A stretch of 64,000 nt of DNA from the human T2T-CHM13v2.0 reference genome, Homo sapiens, in the NCBI RefSeq assembly GCF_009914755.1, contig NC_060940.1; one strand, given 5' to 3'. The position numbers and the translations under genes were made by a program. Shown piece after piece: positions 45,111-58,602 of the stretch (the stretch's first letter is position 1; the number at the start of each line of letters is the position of its first letter). Under the pieces are notes generated by a model that had not been told where the DNA came from, made no database searches, and saw only the letters and a program-made list of their open reading frames with translations.

Positions 45111-46006
45111 GGCAGTTGGTAACACAGATGAGTGACTGCAGGAGATTGGTTAATGCCAGGGCAGTGCCACACCTCATGGTCCAGGAGGGAGCAAAGGCAG
45201 AGGTGCCCCTGCTATGATGCCTGCTTGCTTACAGATTGTCTTCTTCAATCTATTCTGCACACGACTATCTACAAACAGAGAGCCCGCCAAACCAGGCGGC
45301 TGCTTAAAACCCTTCAGCGGATACTCAGTGCCGCCTGGGTAAAGCGTCTAGAACCTATCACACTCATATTTTTAATTACTTGTTATCCATTTGTTTAATA
45401 GTGTAATGGGCATCCAGGCCCAGGGACTGGACCATACCTACGCCTCCAGCTCACTCACTTGCACCATCATAATCGTTGTGTTCCTGAGAGCAGCCTTGTT
45501 TCTCTTGGTGCCTTTGTGGATGGATGGTGGTGCTGCTGTCTGAATGCACAGCCCTATCAGTCCACCAGACAGATCCCTATTTGTCCTTTAAATATTTGCT
45601 GAGTCTCTCGTGTAGACTTCCCGGAGTCTCCTCTCCCTGATAGTTAATCTCTTCCTCCTCTGTGATGCATGCTTTCCTTGTACACGCATCTGTGTATTTT
45701 CTTTTTCCACGTTGAGTCACTCCACTGTTTCCGTCTGCCATTTGCCTGTCTCCTCCAACATGCATGCCTTCAACAAGTATTTGTTGAGCTCCTACCATTC
45801 CTGGGTACTGTGCTGGGGGCTAGAGATGCAGCTGATAACAAAACGGAGATGGGAGGTTGTCTCTGTTTTCGTGAAAACTGCAGCCTATTTGGAGGAGCCA
45901 GCATTAAACAAACAAGTAAAAAGTAATTAAAACTATGAATGTGATAGGTTCTACAAAGGAAAAGCTTACTAGGAGTGCCTCCAAATTTCCTTGTATCACT
46001 GTAGTC

Positions 46007-46200
46007 CAGTGGTTCTCAGCAGAGGGCAACTTTGCCTGCCAGGGAATATTTGGCAGTGTCTGAAGATATTTTGGGGGAATAGGTGCTCCTGGCATCTGGT
46101 GAGATGAGGCAGAGCTGCTGCTAAATACAGTGTATAGGACCGCACAGGACCACAATGATCTGGCCCCAGATGTTCACAGTGTGGAGATTGGGAGACCCTG
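46007..46200. mobile_element. MER20, opposite orientation to the copy at 43644
   Basis: cagtggttctc...atttggcagtgtctgaagatatttt...ctcctggcatct. Confidence 0.8.
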
Positions 46201-46364
46201 CTGTAACCCCCTTCCCCAGCATAATGTCCTGTAACAGATACACCAAAAATGCTTGCTGAATAAATGGGTGAAGAAAGGAAGTCATTCAGTTGTGGTGGCC
46301 AGAGATGCCAGTGCTTCTTAGATGAGCACCTGTGAATGATTTCTCCAATCTTTGCAGGGTGGGG

Positions 46365-46543
46365 CAGGACTTGTGTCATCGCAGGTATGGGGCTGGGTCG
46401 CTTGCACAAATACCCATGCTCAGAAAGGCCCCAGCTTGGTTGAATGCTCTGCAAAGGCCATCTTGAAATTTGTAGTAATTTTTGCGAAAGGGTCCTGCAT
46501 TTTCACTTTGCACTGGGTCCCATAAATTATGTAGCTGGTTCCA
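46365..46543. mobile_element. MER45A-like hAT-Tip100
   Basis: gctcagaaaggcccc...tttgcactgggtcccataaattatgtagctgg; 8-bp TSD gggtgggg on both sides. Confidence 0.8.
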
Positions 46544-46694
46544 GGGTGGGGTGTGTGAGGAAGGGGGCAAATAATGAAACCTCTGAGCAGGAGGTTAAAA
46601 GAGGGAGGTGACAGTGAAGCCTCCAATGAGAGTAGCGGAGGTGTATAACCCTCTCTGTGATGTCTCAGGTCTGAACCCAGAGTCTGGAGCTTAA

Positions 46695-46897
<203 letters not shown>

Positions 46898-47470
46898 AAT
46901 TGTTTAAGTTGGCACATTATAACTATACATATTTGTGGGGCACACAGTGATGTTTTGATGTATATAATGTATAATGATTACATCAGGGGAACTAGTATAT
47001 CCATCATCTCAAGCATTTATCATTTCTTTGTGTTGGGAAAGTTCAATATCATCCTAGCTATTTGGAACTTATGTTATAGTCATCATACAGTGCTATAGAA
47101 CACTAGGACCTACTGCTCCCTTCTAGATGGAATTTTTAATAAATCTCCTTTAATAAATCTCTCCCTATTCCTCCTCTTTCCCTACTCTTCCCAGCTTCTA
47201 GTATCCTCTGCCCTACTCTTTACTTTTATGACATCAGCCTTGTTAGCTTTAACATATGAGTGGGAATGTGTAGTATTTAACTTTCTGTGCCTGGCTTATT
47301 TCACTTAGCATAATATCCTCCAGTTCCATCCATGCTGCCATGAATGACAGGATTTTCTCCATTTTTATGGCTCAGTAGTATTCCATTGTGTATAGGTACC
47401 CCATTTGCTTTATTCATTCATCTATTGTTGGACACCTAGGTTGATTCCACATCTTGGCTCTTGTGAACAG
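46898..47470 (-). mobile_element. L1MA-type 3' end
   Basis: tatccatcatctcaagcatttatcatttctttgtgttggg...gttgattccacatcttggct. Confidence 0.85.
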
Positions 47471-47759
47471 TAGAGTCCAGATTCGACATCTATAGGAAGC
47501 TCTCCATCTGTCATCCTAGACCTGCCCCTTTCTCAGGCTTCTGCACCCTGGAAATGGTGCCTTCTTTTAATGTTTGTTAAGGAGAATTTTAATCGTAGAT
47601 TAATACAACCGTGGAGTGAATGGTGCAATGAAAACCCATGGACCCATCACTCACCCTCAACAGTGATCAACGTGTGGCCAATTCTTTTTTCATTTCCAGC
47701 TCCCAAAAGGCTTCCCCTCCCATACTATTTTAGATAAATGCCAGAATTATATAATTTCA

Positions 47760-48053
47760 TTTTATTTATAGTTATTTAGAGACAAGTTCTCACTGTCATC
47801 CAGGCTGGGGTAGAGTGGCATGATCATGGCTCACTGCAGCCTTGACCTCCTGGGTTCAAGTGATCCTCCCGCCTCAGTCTCCTGAGTAGCTAGGACTCTA
47901 GGCACGCATCATCATGCCTGGCTAATTTTGATTTTTCGTAGAGATGGGGGGTCTCATTTTGTTACCCAGGCTGGTCTCAAACTCGAGCACTCCTCCCGCC
48001 TCAAACTCCTGAAGTGCTGAGATTATTACAGGTGCGAGGCACTGTGCCCAGCC
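47760..48053 (-). mobile_element. AluJ
   Basis: tgatcatggctcactgcagccttgacc is J-type. Confidence 0.88.
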
Positions 48054-48089
48054 CTCATGCGTTTATTAATGTTAAATAATTGGGTGACT

Positions 48090-48402
48090 TTATTATTTTT
48101 TATTTATTTATTTTTCGTAAGGGACAGGACCTTGATCTGTCACCCTGGCTGGAAGGCAATGGCATGATCATAGCTAACTACAACCTCAAATTCTGGGATC
48201 CAAGCAATCCTGCTGCCCCAGCCTCCAAAGTAGCTGGGATTACAGGTGTGCACCACCATACCCAGCTAATTTTTAAATATTTTTTAGAGACAGGGTCTCA
48301 CTGTATTGCCCATGCTGGTTTCACACTCTTGGGCCCAAGCAATCCTCCCACTTTGGCCTCCCGAGTAGCTGGGATTAGAGGCAGGTGGCACCATGCCTGG
48401 CC
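48090..48402 (-). mobile_element. AluJ
   Basis: Diverged antisense dimer. Confidence 0.85.
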
Positions 48403-48549
48403 ATTTCATTTTTTAAAGTTTTGGCATGTATCTCTACAAGGTGAGGACAATTAAGAAATAACCAATGGCAATACCATTACCACCTCTAAAAAGTGAATGA
48501 TTCTTTTATATTATGCAATATCCTGTCAGTGTCTAGGAACTAAAATAGC

Positions 48550-49500
48550 TTCCTCTTTCCTTCTCCCTCCTCCCACATCTAATCCATCCATGCGTCCTGC
48601 CAACTCCACACTCATCCTGAATCCATCCACTCTGCTGCCTCTCTGGGACTTCCATCCTAGCCTAGCCTGAGATGATCTCTGACCTGGACAACTGCACGTC
48701 CCTACATGGTCTGACCTTGCCTGTCTCTGACCCTACCTCCCACTAGCTTTCCCCTCCTCTCCCTCCCTATCTTCCCCTTCCAGACCAGCCACACTGGCCT
48801 CCTTGCTGGTCTATAAACATGCCCGGGACCCTGATGACCTGCGCCGCATATTAGCTGCTCCCTGGTGCAGGAATTCTCTTCAACCTGGTAGTCCCATGGC
48901 CCATCCCTCAACTCATCCAGGTCTCTGGTGTCTGTCACTTTCTCAGAGAGACCCTGCTGGCCAGCTTATCTCAACTGGCCCTTCCATGACCCCACACCAC
49001 CACCCTCAGCCCTGACCGCTCTCTGAAATCAAGCCATATCATGTCGTGCTATTGGTTGTTTACTGTCTTTCTTTCCTACTGAAGCAAAGGCCTTATAACT
49101 GGGGCTTGGTCTGTCTTGTTCACTTCTGTATTTAGCACAGCCTCTAGCATCTTTTCTTTTCTTTTCTTTTTTTTTTTGAGACAGGGTCTTGCTCTGTTGC
49201 CCAGACTAGAGTGTAGGGGTGTGAACATGGCTCACTGCAGCCTCAACTTCCTGGTCTCAAGTGATTTTCTCACCTTAGCCTCCCAAGTAGCTGGGATTAT
49301 AGGCATGAGTAACCACATCCAGCTAATTTTAACTTTTTCTGTAGAGACAGTGTCTTGTTGTGTTGCCAAGGCTGGTCTCAAACCCCCGGACGCAAGCGAT
49401 CTTTCCACCTTGGTCTCCCAGAGTATTGGGGCTATGGGTGTGAGCCAGGCCCCTAGCATATATTCAGTTTTCACTGAATATTTGCTAAATGAATGGATTT
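48550..49500 (+). mobile_element. L2a 3' region, interrupted by AluJ
   Basis: ccagccacactggcctccttgctg...gtcttgttcact...aatatttgctaaatgaatg. Confidence 0.75.
49151..49450 (-). mobile_element. AluJ
   Basis: Antisense dimer; ctagcat flanks both sides. Confidence 0.88.
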
Positions 49501-50486
49501 ACTTAGGGGTAGGGTGGGTTTTCCTGCCTCAGGTAGTACTGGCAGCATTGAGATAACACCAACACAAAAACAAAAATGAAGACAAATGCTGAGAACTCTC
49601 ATCAAAGAATCAGCCAGGTCTGAAAAGCAGACTTAGGGGATGATTGTAAGGATGGGGCAGAGGCATTCTTTTGGGGTCAGAGACCCTACCCCTTGAAGGG
49701 AAGCTGGGAAGGAACTGAAGATGTCTTGCCTCAGTTCACCCACTCTCACCCCCTCTACCTCATCTGAATAGGCCTCTATCTTCCCCATGTAAACTAGGCT
49801 GAGAAATTCCAAGATGCGCCTGAGAACAGCCAACCCCAGTGCCCACTCCAGGACAACTGGGAAGAGGAAAAATAAAATAGGGAGAATTCTCTCTTCCACA
49901 GGTTCATTAGCTATGGCTGGAACCCAGACCCTCATGCTTGGGAAACTCTGTGGATAAAGAGTTAACAAGGTAGTGCTTTAGCAAACACCAGAATATCCTG
50001 GTACACCTGCTGAAAATGCAGGTGCCTGACCTCTCCCCCTAGACTGGTTCAGGCTATCCTTTTAGGGATCTCCAGTTTTGACCAGTGCCCCAGTTGCTGC
50101 TGGTGCAAATCGTCCCTGGCCCCACCTGGGGAACCGCCAGACTAGAGTCTGGTCTGGAGCTGGAGTCCCCTCCTTTGTTTAATGCTGGCTTCGAGAACAC
50201 AGGAGATGAATTATGCAGGTCTGTGGAGACTTTCAGGAAGACCTCAGCCACCTTGTTAATTGGAGCTCAACAGAACCGAGATTGGAGGTTGGAATAAAAA
50301 TAGCTGCATGCAGGTTGAAAGGTAAAATTAGCTTTGGTGTCAGGAATTTGGTTTCAAGGTTGTGCGGGAGATGGGGTGGGGAGTCAGGGAACTGCATGTT
50401 TGTGTTCTAGTGTTTGTGTGGGTCATTTGGAGCAGCTGAGGGGTAGCTCACACAGAAATCCGAACAATGAGGTCATACTAACATCC

Positions 50487-50922
50487 TGCATTTGTTTCCC
50501 AGGGCTGCTGTAACAATGACCACAAACTGGGTGGCTTGCATCATCGGAAATGTATTTGCTCACAGCTTGGGAGGCCAGAAGTTCAAAAGAAGGGTTGGGC
50601 AGGGCCATGTTCTTTCTGAAGGCCGTAGGGGAGAATTGGTCCTGTGCCTTCCTCTTAGTTTTGGTGTTGCAGGCAATCCTTGGTGTTCCTTGGCTTAAGG
50701 ATGCGTCACTCCAGTCTCCACCATGGTGTGATTATTGGGTGTTTGTGTCTGTGTCCAAATTTTGCATTTTCCTAGGGACACCGTCCTATCAGATTAGAGC
50801 TCACCCCAATGACCTTATCTTAATTTGATGTCATTTGCAAAAAGCCTATTTCCAAATAAGGTCATATTCACAAGTCCTGGGTGTTAGGGCTTCAGTATAT
50901 CTTTCTGAGGGACACCATACAA
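50487..50922 (-). mobile_element. MLT1C-like LTR
   Basis: agggctgctgtaaca...cctatttccaaataaggtcatattcaca. Confidence 0.8.
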
Positions 50923-51326
50923 CCGGGAACACGTGCATTCCACAAGTATCCATTGAGCACCTACTGTATGCTCAGTGCTAGGCACTCAGGGGACATAAGA
51001 GTGTGAACAGGGCAGCCTTACCAATCTCACAGGCTAATGCCATGCCTGGTGCACTCACGTACATGAAAACATGTGCTTGCCTCAGCAGCTTATCCCTATT
51101 AAAGATGGGCAAAATCACCTGTAATCCCCACCCAGGCTTGTAGCCACCAGGGTCCATCCTGCCTTATGGCTCTGGTTCTAAGACCCTGGAGTCTCAAAAA
51201 ATGAAGACTATTTTGCTGGTAGAATCTAGGAGTTTTAAGTGGTTACATGATGAAGCCCTCACCCAGAGAATCAAAGTAGTTCCTGGACTAAACCACAGAG
51301 AGAGGGAGGCTTGTCTAAAGACTACA

Positions 51327-51624
51327 TTTTTTTTTTTTTTTTTGAGACAAATTCTTGCTCTGTCACCGAGGCTGGAGTACAGTGGTGCGATCTCGGCTCA
51401 CTGCAACCTCTGCCTCTTGGATTCAGGCAGTTCTCCCTGCCTCAGCCTCCTGAGTAGCTGGGATCACAGGCGCCTGCCAACATGCCCGGCTAATTTTTGA
51501 ATTTTTAGTAGAGAGAGGGTTTTGCCATGTTGGCCAGGTTGATCTTGAACTCCTGACCTCAGGTGATCCGCCTGCTTCAGCCTCCCAAAGTGCTGGGATT
51601 GTAGGTGTGAGCCACTGTGCCCAA
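51327..51624 (-). mobile_element. AluS
   Basis: Full antisense dimer; aagact(gc)acatttt flanks. Confidence 0.92.
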
Positions 51625-52053
51625 AGACTGCACATTTTAAAATCACAATCATTTCCTAAATCCTCTCCCGTTTCCCATACCTTTCCCCATGCAACATCCT
51701 TTTAGTAAGACTGGGAGGAGATGTATGCAGTGGGTACGTTCAAACTACACCTGTGCAATCCTGCATAATCTAGCCTTCTTTAATTCTGTTACTCCCTGTT
51801 TATTGCTGAATGGAGTCATTCAAACATTGGCTCAGAAAATATTTGAGCTTCTGTTTGATGCCACTTGCCAGAGATGGCAGCAGACAGAACAGACCAAGTC
51901 TTTGTCTTATGGAGTCTACATTCTTTGGAGAAGGAAAGAAAAAAACCAAGGAATGAAGGAGCCCCCTCTGTTGACTATGATCATCTCCTTATATCCTAAG
52001 AAGTCTGGTGTCCCAAATGAGCCATAACTGTCTGCCTCGTACCATCTATACCC

Positions 52054-52876
52054 GTGTCTTAGTCCATTCAGGCTGTGATAACAAAAATACCATACCCTAG
52101 GTGGCTTATCCACAACACAAATTTGTTGCTCATGGTTCTGGAGGCTGGGAAGTCCAAGATCAAGACACTGGCAGGTGCAGGGTCTGGTGAGGGCCCACTC
52201 TGTGGTTCACAGGTGGCAGCTTCCAGCTGTGTCCTCACATAGTAGAAGGGGGCTAGCTTGCTCTCTGGGGTTCCCATTATAATGATATTGTTGTAGTCCA
52301 TTTGTGTTGCTATTGCTAAAGGAATTGTATTGCTAAAGGAATACCTGAGACTGGATAATTTATAAAGAAAAGAGGTTTATTTGGCTCACAATTCTGCAGG
52401 CTGTACAAGAAGCATGGTGCCAGCATCTGCTTGGCTTCTGGTGAGGGTCTCAGGCAGCTTCCACTCATGGTGGAAGGGGAAGGGGAGTCCATATATGAAG
52501 AGATCACAAGGCAACAGAGGAAGCAAGAGAGGGAGGGAAGAGGCGCCAGGTTCTTTTAAACAACCAGCTCTTGCAGGGACTAATAGAGAACTCACTCATT
52601 ATTGTGAGGATAGCACCAAGCCATTTATGAGAGACCCGCCCCCCATAACCCAGACACCTTCCACAAGGTTCCACCTCTAACACTGGGGATCCAATTTGAA
52701 CACAAGTTTTGGCAGAGACAGACAACCAAACTATAGCAGGGACTAATACCATTCATGACAGAAACATCCTCATGACCTAATCATTTTCCAAAGGCTCTAC
52801 CCTCTAGTACCATCACATTGGGAGTTAGGTTTCAACGTATGCATTTTTAGGGGGCATAAACATTCAGATCATAGCA
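52054..52876 (-). mobile_element. MSTD/MLT1A-like LTR interrupted by an MSTB-like LTR (~52286-52738)
   Basis: Two MaLR starts (tgtcttagtccattc; tagtccatttgtgttgctat) and two ...atagca ends, nested. Confidence 0.8.
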
Positions 52877-53495
52877 ACCCGAGAGGGAAACAGGTGCTTG
52901 TGCCTTCTGCATAGCCTTCACTTAGGGAGAACTGTGCTGTGCAACAGCCACGTCTACCAGAGCAGAGGAGAGCTGTTAGGCAGGAATGGCTGCTCCAAAG
53001 CCACCTTTTCTTGAAGCTCCTAGCAACAAACTGGGAGCAGGGAACCAGGGATGAGTGTTTTCTGCCCCCTCTAGTTTCAACGTCAATTCTATTTTCATAC
53101 TAGAACTCAGTGTGATTATTAAAATTATATCTCTACGCCCAGGCCTCTGTGACTCCAAGCCTATGATCTTTCCCCTAAACGGAGTTAGCTGTGCTTAACT
53201 GAGAGGCACAGGTAGAAATCATAGCCCCAGGGAGGACCAGGGCATAGCGGGATCCCCCCACCTCTCAGGCACCCACCTCCTCCCTGCCATGAATCGAACC
53301 GATCCTCCCTGGTACCTGGACCACCAACCTGCAAGTCACCCTCTGCCCCTCCTTTTTCCTTATACCCAGATTTACGTGGCCATCAAGTCTATTGCTGCAG
53401 AAATGTCCCCAGAAACTGTGACTTCCCCATTGTTCTTTTGCCACCAGCCTCTCTGGGCTGCTTGTGTCAGCTACAGCCTTCTGTCCCTCTTCTGC

Positions 53496-53820
53496 AATCA
53501 GCCAGTGATTCTCCCATCACACAAAATTGACCTTGGGGTTAATATAGTAGAGTCACCGTCACTGTGAGTCACTGTCACCGTGCTGAATGAGAAGCTTGTC
53601 TAGAAAGAAGGGAGAATATATCCAAGGGGCATTGAGCTCCGAAAAACCAGGGAAAGGAGCTTTGAAGGGAGGTGCCTACAGAGTAGACAGCAGGCAGGGA
53701 GGGGGCTGGGGAGGCACAAGGAGTGGACCTGAATTTATTGTGCCTTTCTCAGGGCTGAGACTAGGGTGAGGTGAGTGAGGCCTTGGATGCAAAACTTAAG
53801 GGGGTCCCTCAAACTCAGCA
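53496..53820 (+). repeat. Inverted duplication, left arm
   Basis: Reverse complement of 55331-55639; ~32 mismatches by hand count plus one 16-bp indel. Confidence 0.97.
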
Positions 53821-53910
53821 ACCAAGATGAATAATGTTTCAATGCAATATTTTAACAAATCAAAATTAATGCAAAAAACCATGATGAGCAACATATCAAT
53901 TTTAAACGAG
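53750..53910. mobile_element. MER96B-like hAT end fragment
   Basis: cagggctgagactagggtgaggtgagtgagg...aatgcaatatttt...aatcaaaattaatgcaaaaaa. Confidence 0.7.
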
Positions 53911-54124
53911 ATCATATAGGCAAAAGCTCCTAGCTCAGAACCTGGCACTTAGTAGGTATTCAAGAAATCAAAAAACAAGAATGGAAAAGTAATAATAATG
54001 CCGAATATGGCCAGCATTCTTTGAGGGACTTTGCATGTATCAACTCAATTCATCTAATCTTTACAACAACCCTACAAGGTGGATTTCATTATTTCCATTT
54101 TTAAAAAGTTCATTTTTTTCCCCT

Positions 54125-54409
54125 TTTTTTAAGAGACGTGGTCTTGCTCTGTCACCCAGGCTGGAGTGCAGTGGTGTGATCATTGCTCACTGTAGACTTT
54201 AACTCCTGAACTCAAGAAATCCTCCCATCTCAGCCTCTTGAGCAGCTGAGACTATGGGTATGCACCACCACATCTGGCTAATTTTTAAATTTTTTGTGAT
54301 TTTTTTTTTCTGTTGCCTAGGCTGGTCTCGAACTCCTGGCCTCAAGCGATCCTCCCATCTCAGCCTCCCAAAGTGCTGGGATTACAGATGTGAACCATTG
54401 CATCTGGAC
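54125..54409 (-). mobile_element. AluJ
   Basis: Diverged antisense dimer within a MIR. Confidence 0.88.
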
Positions 54410-55265
54410 TTTATTATCCCCACTTTATAGATGAGGAAAACAAAGGCATGCAGAAGTAAAAGGATTCCTTACAGTCCATACAGCAAGCAAGGGGTGGAGT
54501 CAGAAAGAAAACTCAGATCATTTGATGGCATTCATCCATAGGAAAAACCATGGATGCCTTAATGCTCATGGTGGAATAAAAAGAATTCAGAGGTTTCCAT
54601 TGTTTCTCTGAGTCTTCATTTTGGATTGACCTGAACAGAATAAGGCCAGTGGGAGACATTTCCCACTGCTAGTAAATAAATAAAATTATATAATATAAGG
54701 AGTCTCTCTGGGACCCAGTGGCTACATAATACCTGTTAAAAGTGGAGGAAGAAAAACCATCTCCTCTAGGGTTTGACATCAGTCTAATAGGTGACACTAT
54801 TGATTTGATTCACTGCTCGCCCCACAACAGCAGCCATCAGGGAGGAAGACTTTATCAGGCGGGCAGCAGGAGACAGCAGGAGCAGAGGGTGTAATCAGTT
54901 TAACCTTCTTCAGCTGCCAAGTCCTGGTGGGGGAAGCGACTGTCCCTTTTCCAGGAGAGAGACTCATGGGTAGCAGACCCTCAATGACAGCCCCTTTTTC
55001 TGGTAGGGAGGGTGGCCCACGAAGAAAGAGGATAGAGGAGGGATTTGTCTGCTCCTGTAAATCTCCATGGTAAATACTGGAGCTTAATTTGGACTGAAAA
55101 ATCCTCTTTGAAAAGTAAAGAGTTGTATGCACGACTCTTAGCTTAAAGGCAACTTCCCCATCTCTCTCTGTCCTAGCACCCTGTTTATTTCCTTCATAGA
55201 ACCAATCAGTGATTATTTAATTTGGTTTCCTCACTTGCTTGCTTCTGTCTACCTCCCCAACAAAT

Positions 55266-55716
55266 CCATAGTGTGCTGGAAGCAGCCCATCTTCCTAACT
55301 CCATTTTGTTGCTGGGTAGCTTGAAGAGGCTGCTGAGTATGGGGGCACCCCTTTGGTTTTACATCCAAAGCCTCACTCGCCTCACCCTCGTCTCAGCCCT
55401 GAGAGAGGCACAATAAATTCAGGTCCGCTCCTTATGCCTTGCCAGCCCCCTCCCTGCCCACTGTCTACTCTGCAGGCACCTCCCTTCAAAGCCCCTTTCC
55501 CTGGTTTTTCAGAGCTCAGCGCCCCCTGGGCATAACCTCCCTTCTTTCTAGATAAGCTTCTCCTTCAGCACTGTGACGGTGACTCTACTATATCAACCCC
55601 AAGGTCAATTTTGTGTGTTGGGAGAATCACTGGCTGATTCATGATAGGAATATTTACACCATGGCAACTGGCAGATGCTAGAAATCAGGGCCTCCTGCCT
55701 CTTCATCATACCACTA
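55266..55716. mobile_element. MER63A-like hAT, split by the right arm of the inverted duplication and nested in L2
   Basis: gtgtgctgga...ggtagcttgaa before the arm; atatttacaccatggcaactggcagatgctagaaatcagggc after it. Confidence 0.65.
55331..55639 (-). repeat. Inverted duplication, right arm
   Basis: Reverse complement of 53496-53820. Confidence 0.97.
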
Positions 55717-56439
55717 AGCATCTTGAGGAGGGACATTTTGTCTGCTTTGTCTTCCATGTGGTGCTCTGTCTCTGGCTCAGGGCCAGGCTCACAATTGTTA
55801 ACTGGTAAATATTTCCTGACTTGATGAATGGATTCAGTTGTTGGCATTGCTTGTACTCTGAAGAAATTGTTTCAACTTAAGTCCGTAATGGTGATTCATT
55901 CCCTACCTTGAATCAGATACAAGATGAAAAAAAATCATGGTTTTCTGTCCTCCAGAGGCTCACGGTCCGGGTGTGGGGTTTGGGAGAGGATGCAGGACAG
56001 ATAACCAGTACAGTGCAGTGCAGTAATTGGCAAGAGGAGGTGCTTACAGATGCTGCTGATGAGATGGTAGGTTAGAGGATATCCTTGTTTATATGCTGAG
56101 GGATTATAACCATCTATGGTGTCAGTCCTCTGTTTTAAACATCATGGAGCCAAGCAGATGTTGACTTAATTCATGCCCTGGAAGACACAGATCTGTCTAA
56201 CTCCCTGCCCGACTCTTAACTGAGCTGTGGGATACAGGGTGCGTTAGTTCTCAGAGTCCCAGTTTGCTCATGTGATAAGATGAAAATAATAAAACCTACC
56301 CCATGAGTGTTGTTTAGAAGGATAAATTAAATGACAGTTATAGACTGAGTAGACACTCAATAAAGCACTCACTGAATCAAATCAAAATGTAATCAACCAA
56401 TATGTTGGAATATTTGTTTTTCCTCAAAAGCAAAATACA

Positions 56440-56524
56440 ATATATGTAACAAACCTGCACATTGTGCACATGTACCCTAAAACTTAAAGTATAATAATAA
56501 TAAAATTAAAAAAGAGAGAGGAAA
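56440..56524 (+). mobile_element. Very short young L1PA (PA2/3-like) 3' end
   Basis: gtaacaaacctgcacattgtgcacatgtaccctaaaacttaaagtataataa; perfect TSD aaaagcaaaataca at 56426-56439 and 56525-56538. Confidence 0.9.
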
Positions 56525-56552
56525 AAAAGCAAAATACACCATTCCAGTGTAG

Positions 56553-56918
<366 letters not shown>

Positions 56919-57328
56919 CCTCCTTCTCTTTCTCTCTAATCTCTTACACCTCCACTTTCTTATAATCTTACCAACAGCTAACATTTATTGAGCATTTACT
57001 TAGTGCCAGGCCCATCCCAAGCACTTTACAACTATCACTTACTTAGTCTGAACAACAGTCCTGAAGGTTGGTACTATCATTATTCCCAGTTTATAAATGA
57101 GTAAACAGAGGATAACTTGCCCAGTGCCACTCAGCAATTAAGTGGCAGAGCTGGGATGGGAACCCACACACTGTGTCTCATGCTCCCATCATGTTCCTCC
57201 CACTGTCTTCCCATCAAATATGCTGTTCGAGTGAAAAAGAAACAGCACAGCACCAGAGGTCTGGGACCATCTGGGGTGGGGGACCCTCAGCCTGGGGCTG
57301 TGACGGGAGAGTACAGAGGATTAGAAGG

Positions 57329-57688
57329 TGTATTAGTCTGTTTTCACACTGCTGATAAAAGACATGCCTGAGACTGAGTCATTTATAATGAAAAAGAGGT
57401 TTAAAGGACTCACAGTTCCACGTCACTGGGGAGGTCTCACAATCATGGTGGAAGGTGAAAGGCAGGTCTTACATGGCAGCAGATAAGAGAGAGCTTGTGC
57501 AGGGGAACTCCCCTTTATAAAACTATCAGATCTCTTGAGACTTATTCAGTACCACGAGAACAGCATGGGAAAGACCCGCCCCCATGATTCAGTTACCTCC
57601 CACTGGGTCCCTCCCACAACACGTGGGAATTGTGGAAGCTACAGTTCAAGTTAAGATTTGAGTGGGGACACAGAGCCAGACCGTATAA
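57329..57688 (-). mobile_element. THE1B-like solo LTR
   Basis: tgtattagtctgttttcacactgctgataaa...; TSD gaagg. Confidence 0.92.
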
Positions 57689-58185
57689 GAAGGGGACAGA
57701 TATACCCAGCAGGTTTCGCAGAGCCTTTTCCCTTCTGATGGGAGGGGAGGCAGGCAGGCTTTTTCTCATTTTCCTTTGAGTACCAGCAGCAGCTGAGGAG
57801 AGATGCTGACCATTCCTTTTCTTAATGAGGGAGGCTCAGGAAAGAGCAATTAACAGCATCAGCTTTTATTTTCTCCCAGGAGGGACAGGGCTGATCTTGT
57901 TCTTTCTCTCTGGACCAGGCAGGCTTTTTTTTTTTCTTTTTTTTTTTTTTATTATTATTATACTTTAAGAATTTGGTCAGGAGTGTCAACAGCAGGAGTC
58001 ACAAGACTTTGACAGAAGCCACCACATGAAGGGGCCACAGTGTCTGCCCTGCTTCTGGGGTTTCTGGTCTGTATCCTGAGAGGTACAAGGCTGCTCTGGG
58101 GCACCACAGAGAATGCCAGCCTTGCTCGTTTCTCATCCTTTCTGGGAGTGGCAGCAAGCGTGAGCTCTCTAAAATCCAGCCAGGA

Positions 58186-58470
<285 letters not shown>

Positions 58471-58602
58471 AATATGCAGCCAGGAATGTCCACTTCTCCT
58501 GGGACCCTGAATAAATCCAGACTCCCTGGGCACTCACTGCTCCTTCCAAGCTGACACCTTCACCATCTTTCCTTCTCCATCCAGGCACCTGCTTTACCAA
58601 AC

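Noticed and set aside
53750-55400. Inverted repeat explained as the two termini of one hAT element
   Set aside because: Homology extends ~250 bp outside the element end, and the right copy interrupts a different element
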